64,000 nucleotides of DNA from Haliotis cracherodii (lineage: Eukaryota): NCBI RefSeq assembly GCF_022045235.1, contig NW_027266330.1, forward strand, positions 21,638,001 through 21,702,000. The letters run 5' to 3'. Positions 38,127 through 50,506 of this stretch are shown here, in pieces; position 1 is the first letter of the stretch; each line of letters opens with the position of its first letter. Made by a program: the position numbers and the translations under genes. The notes beneath the pieces are model-generated. The model had not been told where the DNA came from. It was given only the letters and a program-made list of their open reading frames with translations, and did no database searches.

Positions 38127-41100
38127 CTTGTCTTGTCTTGTTTGTTTGTAATTATTTAGACAAAATAAATATATTTTTTTAAATAACCGTCTTGTTTATA
38201 TTTATTTAAACAGATAATTCCCCTACAAGTTGTTTCAGTAGCCGTTTAAGGCATTTGTATGTTGTAAACATATTTTTTCTCTTTACAAAAATCGTATTGT
38301 GTATTCGAATTTTTATTTGATTATTTGAAAAGGAAACACGCCATTCTTCAATAACCGCCTTGGGAACATGTTTTGAAACAGATGCAGCCACAACAGAATG
38401 TTTCAGAAGGTGGAGACGTGGTCCCAGCCCCATTCACATTAACTTTTTGTTTAAATATGTTTATGTTCTTTTAACTTCTTTTGAGTAGTGTATTATTTGG
38501 CACAAAAGTTAAAAAAAAGAATCATTTACTTCCCACGCGTAAATAATACAATGTCCAACATGCATCCAATTTTCCTATTTTCGAAAAATTTTATAATGAA
38601 GAAATATTGTACCTTAATTATAATGAATTGGAAAGTACTGAACTTTGACCCCAAAGAGAGCTAATCATTGAATCAAGACGCGATTTTCATCAGCGTACAC
38701 GAGTAAAAGACCTGTTTTGACAATGTTAATCAATTATAAATGAATTAACAAAAGAGCGAAATGAGAAGGGCATGGATTGCACGTGCTTATCTGATCGATC
38801 ACGTGTAAGTCACGTGTCGCTCACTCACGCATGTGCGATCAAAGTATCACATCCGGGGCTGAAAGACGAGACGACAAATTTCCCATGAAATTATTTCCTG
38901 TTGAAATTATCCCCCACACTGCAGTTACCCCCCTTTGAGTAAAATTATATTAACAACTTGCTCCAATTATATTACACTGGTAACATATTCTTCCAGGTAA
39001 GTGAGTACAAAAAAATATTAAATCATATATTAAAATAAGTTTAAAATAACAGTACTTTTCTGTTGTGCACAAGAAAAACATGCACCTACATGATCATATT
39101 TGTACGAAAATTTCGTCACAATACAGTGTATATGGCGTTATTAATGTTTATTTCTTCGAAGAATACTTATAATTACAAAACATATAAATTAATCGTGTGA
39201 GTTGTGTTTTGCGCCGCAATTGCACTAGTCAAGACATATTACGTCGCGTCATTTTACCAAGTAAATTATCTAAACAAGTTATACATTCTCCTCTTATCAG
39301 TACATGAACGAAGCTACGGTATTTGTTTACTGTATGGAAACCAGTCACATGTACCTCTAAATGCAACCGAAGAATCAGCACATATCCCTTTTCGCATCTT
39401 ATCTGCCCAACTTACTAGTATTAACTCACATTCAGGGATCACGAATCACTGTTCAGGTTCAAATCTCACATAGTATCTTATCTTCCTCAGATAAATATTT
39501 TTTTATCAAAATTAGTGAAAAACCATGTTTATTAACCTAAAGTGATGGGCAATAGGAAGAATACATCTATGTTTATGTTGTCTGAAAGGAAACAAGAAAT
39601 AGTTATTCGATGGTTATATATTGTCTACGGGTATCATTGTTGCCTTTCGGACCTTACATTTGAACAGCTTTCAACCGATTAACGTTTTGATAACGTTTTT
39701 AATTTTTTGGTCCAATTCTATTTTCAAGTGCATACTTTTTGTTGTTGAATATCACCCCACACGCCGTGATATAACTTGAATACTGTTCAAAGCGGCTAGG
39801 ACCCAACTGACTCACTCACTCCGTCTTCCTGACTGTCGGTAACGTCTAAATTAGAACAGTGATGTGTCATTCCCGACATTCGTTTATCCGGAAGATGATA
39901 CTGGGAAGGAACGGATTAACGGGGTGTCACTGTACATGACAAATGCTGCGTAAACTATAGTTATGTTATCAAGAAGTGTTGCAAAAGTATATTTATGTTG
40001 ATCCTAGACCGGGTTATCTTCCATGGGACCATATAGAGATCTCTTTAGGCACATTTCAACGGTGTAACTAATTAGCACATGCGGTATAATAAACAATAGA
40101 CAATTCATAATTGTCTTGCCTATTCTCAAATTCAGACACTGCGAACGTTCAATGCAGAGCCACGCTATAAATAAGCTTCCTGCATCACTTACGGTTCCAA
40201 CTGCAGATCGACATGCATGCAATTACTGCTTGAGATTCTCCAGGAAATAAAGACCCCCTAAAAAACTAAAGAAAGCAAATTGAGAACTTTAAATTTCATT
40301 TTAATATCCTCGAATGTTTTAATTTTAAAAGTACTACTTCTCCTAGACTAATCCTAACCCTAGTCCGCCATCTTTATTTTCGACTGGATTAAGACGCGCA
40401 GACGGGCCAGTTGTCCTTTATTTACTGACCGCTACCTCTACTTTTCAAGGAGACACTTAATCTGCGAACCTTACGATTAATCAAATTATACTCAGGCCTT
40501 ATTGCCTTCTTCGTGTCAATTGACTGGAATAATTTCCCCATTTAACAGGGCATTTCGGGAGTTGCTGAGTTTCTGACACAGATGGGCATTAATTGGCGGC
40601 TTCCTTCCAAGGAGGAGAGGCCATGTTGCCATTGTTTTCGTTATAATAGACTCGAGTGGTCGCAGATTCTCTCGTCCAAAGCCCTTCAGATATTTCAGTT
40701 TGTATCATTATTTTTTATGAAGAAAGAAAAGAAAGACTAATTTCCTTCCTTTAGGTTAAAAAGATGATTATTTGATGAAGCTTGTGATGGTTAAAAAGAA
40801 GAGCGAATGCTGCAAGGCGGTATAAGGGTTTTGTGAATGGGTTTAAATGAGCAGGGCTCGTGTCGCTTCGTTTGTTTTGTTTATTTCAGTCTGAGTGTTT
40901 ACACACAAAGAATAATATTACACGAAAAATATAGATCCGTGTTGATTTTTACAAATTTTAGTTTCTGTATTATTGGGTGTTAGCACGTATTCTGAACTCA
41001 GTAAATGTGTCGATATAGCTAGATAGTTTCAAGTTTGGACACTTAATTCGTTATTGGCATTGATTTAACGAATGTTTTCAGATATTACCAATTATATATT

Positions 41101-41272
41101 TCTATTTCTGTTTATTTTATATAATATTTATATACACAACATCTGATTTAATAACTGAAATATTGTTAGTTGTTTGTGTAACTGTCTTTGAAAATGCTTC
41201 TGTTGAGTTCGTCGTGTTAGTGCGTGAGTATGTGTCAATGTCAAACATCTCAGATGAATATTACCGACGTAA

Positions 41273-41487
41273 CACGTGAAGATCAGGGTAAGAATAGGTC
41301 TTCAACAACTCATGCTTGTCGTAAGAGGCGACAAACGGGATCGGGTGGTCAGACTTACTTGATGCATGTCATCGTATCCGAATTGCGTTGATCGATGCTC
41401 ATGATGTCAATCATTGGACTGTGTGGTCCAGATTCGATTATTTACAGATATTGCTGAGGGCGGCGTTAAACAGCACACAAACCAACA
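41273..41487 (+). mobile_element. SINE-like family B about 45 bp from the Shox exon 2 donor (older copies near 9160-9352, 9945-10180, 20545-20721, 37395-37602)
   Basis: Head cacgtgaagatcagggtaagaataggtcttc, body and tail match. Confidence 0.82.
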
Positions 41488-41530
41488 ATATTACCGAGGT
41501 ACGAAACTATACCTGATTAGAAAAGCTCAC

Positions 41531-41718
41531 CTGAACACGGGCCTCTGAGAGTCCAAGCCTCTGACTGAGTTCTTCCCTCATGAAGGCGTCGGGATAATGG
41601 GTCTCGTCAAAGAGACGTTCCAGCTCGTTCAATTGTTCTAAGGTGAAGTTTGTTCTGCTGCGTCTCTGTTTGACTTTAGGGGAGCCCTCTTCCTCCTTCT
41701 CTTTTCCTTCCTTCAAAT
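41531..41718 (-). CDS. Shox: Shox coding exon 2 (homeodomain up to ...GLSEARVQ, 188 nt)
   Basis: [47 protein letters not shown] is the SHOX-type homeodomain; acceptor ttttgtttacAG (41720-41719); donor CAG|GTGAGC; phase-0 intron at the usual PRD-class Q|VWF position. Confidence 0.97.
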
Positions 41719-42905
41719 CTGTAAACAAAACAATATTTTGATACATAAATAAAAGCTGCAAGACCCTTTCAACACTCACAAGAGAGATCTGCCAAAAGCT
41801 GAGTCGATTGTACGATTCCGACTTTATCATGAGCATGTGTTTATGTATGATTATCACATCATGATGATACCAGGTGTTTGCGAAAAGGTGAGCATATCCT
41901 GACCCACATGTGGCACCCGTCACAAACACCTGCAAAGGCAAGTCAATTGTTTACTTTGGACGATATACGTTTTGCAGAGGAACTTCAATCCTTGTCAACA
42001 ATAAATCAATAGAGATAGCTTTTTAATACTCTATGACCTGTTGAGATATTTATTAATGCTGAAAACACTTCGTAGACGAAATAATTTCTTGACATTCTCA
42101 GATACTACATTTCTTCATGTCGATACGGTATGCAAAGAAAAATATAATTATTTATGCCTTGTTAGTTTGAATTGTTGTCGGAGTTGTTTCTGAGTGGATC
42201 GCAAAGTATGTCGAAATTATAATTAATACTTAACGTTTTAATTTTTAAATATTTTAATAATGGGAAAGTGGTGTCACTTATTCTTCTTTGAAGGCTTTTG
42301 AAATAGTTAGATTGAAATAGAAGCGCCAAAAAACATTTCCATAATCATAAGAAACCTCTGCTAAAGGCGGACATCTTACTTTGGCTCAAGGTATGTTGAT
42401 AGAACTTAATATTTATCTACATACGCTGTACTTCTATCCTGGTATAATGCAAGTATTTTAACCATTATTATTTGGAATCAACAGTTATCTTGATACTAAT
42501 GGGGGTTGGGGGTGGGGGATGGGGGTGGGGGATGGGGGTGGGGTTGGCCCAGTCGTCTAAGGCGCCGCCATTCGCTGTGCAGAGTTGCTGTGATATAACT
42601 GGAATAATGTTAAAAGCGGCGTTGAACCCAACTCACTCACTCACTTGATACTAATGTATGTATATATTTGTTACATCTTGCGATAAATCCCGTTCCGTAA
42701 TCCTAAGAAATATTTGCTCCAAGCAGAGTCCGTTGTATGATTCCGCCTATGCTGGACATGCAATTATGAGTTACTATCGAATAGTGATGACACCAGGTGC
42801 TCGCGAAAAGTTGAGCGTATTCTGCTCCATCGGTTAAACTGTATCGTCAACGCCAGAGTATAATCAAGTCTCCATTCCACTGGGCGTAACTAGCGGTGAC
42901 ATTTA

Positions 42906-43080
42906 CAGTAAACTACGTTTATAACGAACACGCTTATAACGAACTGACGGATATAACGAACTTATTTTTTAGTCCAGGTCATTTCTTGTATATATGCTGT
43001 ATGTATGCTTATAACGAACTACGGTTATTACGAACTCAAATTAGTTGTCCCTTTGAGTTCGTTATAACCGTAGTTTACTG
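42906..43080. mobile_element. pogo/Tigger-type MITE
   Basis: About 24-bp TIR cagtaaactacg(t/g)ttataacgaac; TA on both sides; internal ttataacgaac subrepeats. Confidence 0.9.
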
Positions 43081-46000
43081 TATATGAATGGATTAGTGAA
43101 AATCAGTACTGATACCAGGTGTTCGCGTGAAGTCATGACACCTTTAAAACGTAGAAACTTCATTTGAACCGTTTCAGCACATGATACATTCCGGTTCTAA
43201 TGCTGATGGTTGAATTCCATTTATTCAACCCTAGATGCGCGCTGTCCACATGCCTGACGTCGTATATCAGCTTCACTAGAAACCATCTTCGACAGTTTGA
43301 TGGCAGAACACCCATGAGCAATTGTATTTGCAATAACACTTTTAATATTTCATAAACTAACAATACGAGAAGAGTCTGTTACATTGAACATGACAAGCTA
43401 CAAATTACACAATGTAACTTAAACCGCTCGCTGCACCGCTGTCACCGTGCGTCTAAAGCTTATGTCATTCATCAAACCTGAAACCAACATTTCACGGTGC
43501 ATCAAGACGAACATATGGTAATAGAGAAACAAAACGGACCTCTACTTTCTTACCATGTATATTTTAACACTGATTCATTTGCAAGTGATTTTATTAAATT
43601 ATCTTTGTTTTGTTCCCTTATTCATTTTGAATTTTGAGACGTCTTCACAGACTAAGGTCACTGTTTATTGTCTTCTTTAATAAAATGTTATCATCTGAAA
43701 TAAAAGATTAAAAGCGACAAAACCCTTTCCATATTCAATAGAAATATATGCCAAAAGCAGAGTCGATTGTACGATTCCGAGTATATCATGAGCATGTGTT
43801 CATGAATCACTATCAAATAGTGATGATACCAGGTGCTCGCGAAAAAAGGTGAACGTTACCTGCTCCACAGGTAGAACCCGTCACAAACACTTGAGAGACG
43901 TCACAAATCATGTAACCCAAATCCCATTCCCTTGATTTCTGAATAAACTCCTAAAAAACTTGTGTTGAGAATAAGAGCATGGTTTATATTTACTCGTGAA
44001 ATGTCATTCCTTCGTTAGTTTCCAATTTAAAATATACGCAAATATAAAACGTCAAAGCCAGACAATAACAAGTCTCGATTATCCATCGAAAGATTCCATT
44101 CTTTGGTCGTAAACGTTAAATGTAGCGGTGGAAATTATGGGAATGGATCAGAGAAAAATCAGTGCTGATACCACGTGTTCGTATTGTTCTGAAACTACAT
44201 ATGTATGTATTAATAATGTAGACGTATACAGATGTGAAGAAGATAAAATAGAAACGGTTTACTTGTGCGACATCAGATTCACTTTTGTGTATAGAACTGC
44301 TAAAAATAAGTACACTTCATGCTCCTGTCATGCTCTTTTTGTCCCAGCCCAGAGTCAATAATTGTGTTTGACAGTCGTCACCTTCGGGTAATCATAAACG
44401 CAGTACATTCTTATGAGAAACAGACAACACAACAACAAAAAATAACATTACGAGACAGTATATTGTAATAAAATTAATTTTAAAAAAAATAACCCCAAAT
44501 CAATAAAAATCCGCCACGACAGTTAAGATCGTGGCTTGAAAGTAATATCAATAAAATTGTACGATGATATCAAATAATTTGAAACCTGTCCAAAAATGAA
44601 AGTAAAATCCAAATCAAGGTCAGTTAGTGACCCTTTACCCACCACCGCCAAAGCAAGTGAATGCAAATAAAGGTTCAGTTTCGTTTTTAAAAAAAATCGT
44701 TTGAAATTCTACCCCAAATTGACACACGTAACGCTAAAATTAGATCGGGATAGCAGTCTGGCTTGCTTTTGTACCACAAAATGTCCGTCTGACCGTCGGA
44801 TGACACAGCGACGCACGTCAGGCTTAACTGCAAGAGACATGCGCAACGTCTGCGGTGCGCAGCATGACAGGACGCTGTCACAAGGGAGACAATTACCCGT
44901 ATACAAGTTGATACCCGCGTGTGAAGAGAATTTTAGCCTAAGTGAAAATCATATTCAATCAGTTGGATACACTCGCCGTTAGTCGGAATGGGCGACAGCT
45001 ACAATGCTGAAGTGTTATGTAAAATCAATTAAGATGATACATCGCTCGATGAAAGCTGCGTTAGAGCAGCGTACCGCGCAGGGTCCGAGCTAGCTTCGCC
45101 ATCCGCGAGTCAACCGTAGTTAGTGGATACGAGATCATATGAAATGTATCCACGTCTCTTTCAATTGGCGATAACAGCTTTTGTTTTGGACTTGGGCTTG
45201 AAATTTGAGCTTTATGTGTTATTAAATGATAGAGACGAGAAAAAGTGAGAATTTCGTAATTTGATTTCGTTCTCGAAAGAGACGATAGCCGAGTTGGCTG
45301 GAATTTCATTATTTCGTTCTATTGGATTTGTAATTTTCGTGATTGCTTTACATAGAACACAGTTGTGTAGAAATAAGAGTTATGCAGTCGCAGGCAAATC
45401 AAGGGAAATACGATTAAAACACCCACCAATATTTCAGCTTGAGAGATCACCAAGGGATCTTGTCTGAAGATTCGTTTCGTCCCATTAGATATTAAAGAAA
45501 CCGTCCGTAATTTTACATTTGCTGTTCGAACAGAAAATTCTTTTAAGATGTTTTGTCAACATTGCATAAGTTAATCATACTGAATTGTTTATCAAATTTT
45601 AGTAAAACTCTGTCTTTTAATACTTTAAAATTAAATCTGACATCAAAAAGGTTTTTAGTGTTTGTTATGAACATAACAAATCTGCTCTAGAGAGATATTT
45701 AGAACTATCACATAACAGTACATCGTGAAGCTCCAGCGGTGATTCAATTAGCTGGCTTTATATTCTACTTTCTGAGATTATTGCATTTTCATCCTCTTTA
45801 TGATATTTTACCTTCGACACATTATATTATTTACTGAATGCTTTTATGTTAGACTAAATTATCTATCGGTAACTTTATAAGCGTTCGTTGTTTTAAGTCG
45901 GTTTGATAAATAACAATGTTCATTTACAAATATAAATCTTGCAAAATACTTTACTTTAAACTCGAGTTGACCAGAAACCCCAAACAGGAGTACTTTATTG

Positions 46001-46175
46001 CCAATCATGGTCGCCAAATCGAAGTTACATTTGCGGATATCATTAAGAACAGATGATGCTATCGTTTCTACCCTTTTTTCGTAAACTCAGAATCCAGGTT
46101 AACTAGACGTTACCATGGAAACGAAAACACCCAAAGAAGGTGACATTTCATAAACGCCACATCTGAAACAGTAAG

Positions 46176-46332
46176 AGTGAATGAGTATGGTTTTACGCCG
46201 CTCGCTTTTAGAATTATTCCAGCCTTATCTCCACGGGGGCACCAAATAGAGGTTCACACATTGTACCCATGTGGGGACTGGGAGCATGGCCTGCGGCGTG
46301 ACGACCCAACGCGTTAACTGCTAGACTACCCC
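46176..46332 (-). mobile_element. SINE family A, diverged
   Basis: gagtgaatgagtatggttttacgccgc...cacacattgtacccatg. Confidence 0.75.
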
Positions 46333-46626
46333 CAAGATCCTTAAAACGCTAAGTTTAAGATGGTGGTGGGGGGTGTGAGAGAGAGGGTGATGGGGGTTGA
46401 GGAAGAGGCTAGATTCAAATGGCAGTCCTAGCAATTGTTTAAACGCCACTCTGTCTGTCTGCTAACTCAATTTTAATTGTAATTATGTATAACAATCTAT
46501 TTTAACTTAAAAACAATTAGGCGATGTCTCATTTTCATGAAACGATACTGGTCAAAAGCCGTGGAACATCGTCCCCTTTTGAATCGTAAATGTTCAAATA
46601 TGTAGCAGTGGTTGGGGTGGCAGTTG

Positions 46627-46821
46627 NNNNNNNNNNNNNNNNNNNNNNNNNNNNNNNNNNNNNNNNNNNNNNNNNNNNNNNNNNNNNNNNNNNNNNNNNN
46701 NNNNNNNNNNNNNNNNNNNNNNNNNNNNNNNNNNNNNNNNNNNNNNNNNNNNNNNNNNNNNNNNNNNNTCATAGTGGTTGTAGTAGTATTGGTAGTTGTA
46801 GTTGTCGTAGTAGTAGTAGTG

Positions 46822-46855
<34 letters not shown>

Positions 46856-47313
46856 AAGTAGTAGTAGTAGTAGTATGANNNNNNNNNNNNNNNNNNNNNN
46901 NNNNNNNNNNNNNNNNNNNNNNNNNNNNNNNNNNNNNNNNNNNNNNNNNNNNNNNNNNNNNNNNNNNNNNNNNNNNNNNNNNNNNNNNNNNNNNNNNNNN
47001 NNNNNNNNNNNNNNNNNNNNNNNNNNNNNNNNNNNNNNNNNNNNNNNNNNNNNNNNNNNNNNNNNNNNNNNNNNNNNNNNNNNNNNNNNNNNNNNNNNNN
47101 NNNNNNNNNNNNNNNNNNNNNNNNNNNNNNNNNNNNNNNNNNNNNNNNNNNNNNNNNNNNNNNNNNNNNNNNNNNNNNNNNNNNNNNNNNNNNNNNNNNN
47201 NNNNNNNNNNNNNNNNNNNNNNNNNNNNNNNNNNNNNNNNNNNNNNNNNNNNNNNNNNNNNNNNNNNNNNNNNNNNNNNNNNNNNNNNNNNNNNNNNNNN
47301 NNNNNNNNNNNNN
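46627..47313. other. N runs 46627-46768 and 46879-47313 (others at 15463-15680, 16305-16440, 25025-25158)
   Basis: Unresolved or masked bases, mostly next to simple repeats. Confidence 0.98.
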
Positions 47314-48202
47314 TCGCATTAGGCTTTACTCCCACATTAACCTACACACAAACACAGCCCAAAGCTGACTCACTGATGCTCAAAGCATTCAATTAGTGTT
47401 GTTCTTCCTTCAAAATTATTTATGTTGTTGTTATTTGAGCACATTATATCTGTTGTCTATAAAGTCAGTAGTACTGAAATTCTATGTTGAGGACTGAATG
47501 TTAGAATTACCCGCAGAGCACCAGAATACCGACTTCAGAACTGTAACTTGGGGAAAATCTCTATTTCAGATTTATGTCCATACGCATGTAATAGCAAATT
47601 AAGTAACATCGGTGAATCGTTATTACATGGTTTTAAAAACTACATCAATCTCGTCTTTACGAGGAATTATTATTGGCAGAAATTCTGAGGATTCAAACTG
47701 CAATAAAAATTATCAGCAATGCAAGCCAGGTTTTCTTGTAACATTAAATGTTCGACCGTTCTACAGGTGAGTCGGAATTGTCGCAGTTGTCTTGTCTCCT
47801 GTGTATCTGGACTCTATCTGTCGTTCTCTGCCTTTGAAGAAGAAAAACTGTACTTTATATTTCAGGCCTTCAGGCAATACACAAAGTATTACATACAATG
47901 CCTTGTATAATACATCAATTATTTAGATCTTAATGAAAATAAGCGACAAAACTCCACATTTGTAAGAGAAATAAGCCCACTGTGCGATTCCGACTACATG
48001 TATATTATAAGCATGTGTTCATGATTCAATACCAAATAGAGAAGGTACCAGGTGCTCGCGAGGGGGTGGGCGTATCCTGACCCACCTACTCCACCGGTGG
48101 CACCCGTCACAAATACATGCAAATGCCACATTCTCTGAATATCATAACTTGGTATTAATAAAGAGATACTTTGTATTCTACGGAAATACAGGTATCATTT
48201 GG

Positions 48203-48478
48203 AGTGAGTGAGCTGGGTTCAACGCCGCTTTTAACATTATTCCAGTTATATTACGGCGTGTCAGCTTAATGTGGGAGGAAAGCCCGAAGTGATGCAGGTC
48301 TCAAACATTTACCACTTCGGTGAAACCCACGAGCACGGGTATGGTGCTGACAAACCTAGAAACATAATTGGGGCGAACTGGGATTCGAACCCACAATCAT
48401 AGGTTTCTGGCGTGCTCAAGGGACGCAACTCTGCACAGCGAATCACGGCGCCTTAGACGACTGGGCCACTCGTACCCC
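48203..48478 (-). mobile_element. SINE family C (tRNA-Leu/Ser-like A box, long A-B spacer, V-domain-like middle, shared tail)
   Basis: Reverse complement: gtggcccagtcgtctaaggcgc...gtgggttcgaatccc...gtgggtttcaccg...ctttcctcccaca...tataactggaataatgttaaaagcggcgttgaacccagctcactcac; related copies at 1935-2155 (+), 10225-10400 (-), 30975-31185 (+), 42545-42645 (+). Confidence 0.8.
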
Positions 48479-48594
48479 AAGTATCATTTGGACAAAGGCG
48501 GCATGGGTTCTGTGGGACATTTATCTGTAAGGATACATAGGGCCTTACGTCTCCATGCATATCACATAGGTCACAATAATACAAAATGAAAATA

Positions 48595-48927
48595 CCGTAT
48601 TCGACGTAATAAGCGCCCCGCTCTAATAAGCGCCCACGGTGATATTTGCTAATATATTGGCTCGTGAACAATCCCAATCAGCACCCCTTCCAATTCATCA
48701 ATGTACACAAGACTTATTTATTCGTGTAAAATACGCACTCGTGTGTTAGATCACCCTTAATTATGGGCAATTAAATTTTTGAAAAATATATCTGTCGTAT
48801 GTAAACATTTCAGGCTGTCAGCATAAACCACGAAATTTACGGTCTTTCAACTTAAAATAATATTCTAATAAGCGCCCCCTATTTCTAATTTTGAGAGCGC
48901 CCTGGGAGCTTATTACGTTGAATACGG
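48595..48927. mobile_element. pogo/Tigger-type MITE
   Basis: TIR ccgtattc(g/a)acgtaataagc(g/t)ccc; TA flanks; taataagcgccc subrepeats. Confidence 0.88.
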
Positions 48928-50506
48928 TAACCTTCAATACCTTAACACAGAATAGGTGTTATCTTTAAGTGACATTTTAGAATTTGTAGTAACAATAAAG
49001 AAATATACAGATTTCAACTATTTTATCGTTTTAGTTCAGATGCCTTTATCAAGCTAGATATTGTAAAGGAAACATCTGTCATGTCTGTCCTAATGGCAAA
49101 TTATGTACGTTTTGCTGATAAAAAAACTCATCTCTGAGCGCATCGCTAGATTTGATAACGCAACCTAAATATTTAACAGTGCATTTCTCTTGTAACTGGT
49201 GGTTACGTAATGTTAAATACATGTCTGGGGCGTGGCATATATAGACACGGAAATATATGTAGAGCTGTCATTCAATTTACACATTGTGTGTTATGTCATG
49301 CCATGTCCAAGGTCAGCGAACTGACACGTGGTATGATAGGATTAGCGAAGCCAGGATGTGTACGTGTGCCTGTATCAAGTATGAGGAAATATTGATTCAA
49401 AGAAAATCAATCAATTCCCTATAGGTAATCAGGGATATCGATCATGTCAATAGTGAACTCAACTTTCTTCCTACCTGTTTAATAATTTGGAAAAATCATA
49501 ACTCAGAAAGCTGTTAATAAAATATAATTTTCATTGGCTCATATTGGAGGCCGGATAATGAAAAGAACAAATATTGTGAAAAATGTTCCAGACAGATGGA
49601 ATAATCTCCATGCATGAACAAGTTATTTCTCAAGCATGTGCTATATCCAGACCACGTAATGACTATGCGATTGGGTTTATTCCTACGCATCGTTATTAAG
49701 TGTTGTGTCGCGTAAATAAATGCCACAGAAACTATTTTCACAATCATAAAAAATATCTTCTTAAAGCTGAGTCGATTGTACGATTCCGACACTCAAAGGT
49801 AAGTCACGGGAACATATCGTACAAGGCAAAATTGGGAATTGCATCGGACATAATTGTTGTCACTGATGCGTCAAATTTGTGGTCCTGAACATATCTACCC
49901 TGGCACTTTATCCACCATATAGCTTGTTCTGCACCAGGACCACAAGGGTGTTTGTCCCCACGCATAGTTATTCAGTATTGCGTCGTGCAAAGCGCGCCTA
50001 CAATAACACGCACTTTAACACGCTAAGTGATTTGAATTGAAATTCCATGCATAATATGTAATGCACGTTTTCTCTATATGTGCGGTCAATTGATGAAACA
50101 CACACAGCAGCGTTAACATTTATGAAACACATGCTGCGTTAGGTTCGATGATAAAATAAAGCATAAATGAAATAAGCGTTACCTCTCTGTTGGAGAACGC
50201 TGAAGGTGTCCATGCCATTATGTGAGATAATACTATATTGCGTTGTTTGTGCACAAGGGGGCGTAGGCATATTACATGCAATCAGGACACTCTATGAGTT
50301 AATGTAAACTGATTTTGAAAATGTTGTTATTCTCAATGTGGAGCAAGTTGATCGCGTCTTTTCCTGGCATTGACATTTCATGCAAGGACTTAATCGTAAC
50401 AAGCTGTAGTGTGTACGGCGTTCAGAACGATGGGGTGTCGGATATATCATTCATCACAATACATATGCACAGCAACGCTAGGAAGAGTTAGGGAAATATC
50501 TCCACA

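Noticed and set aside
19807-40488. P3 palindromes TAATNNNATTA (19807, 40478) as Shox autoregulatory sites
   Set aside because: Several are expected by chance in 64 kb at this AT content
41719-41941. N-terminal extension of the 144-aa homeobox ORF
   Set aside because: Intronic local repeat upstream of a good acceptor; the real start is exon 1 at 60015
46497-47396. ORFs with X runs and poly-Ser/Val/Tyr/Leu
   Set aside because: Artefacts of N runs and (GTA)n; the same applies at 15.4-16.6 kb and 24.9-25.3 kb
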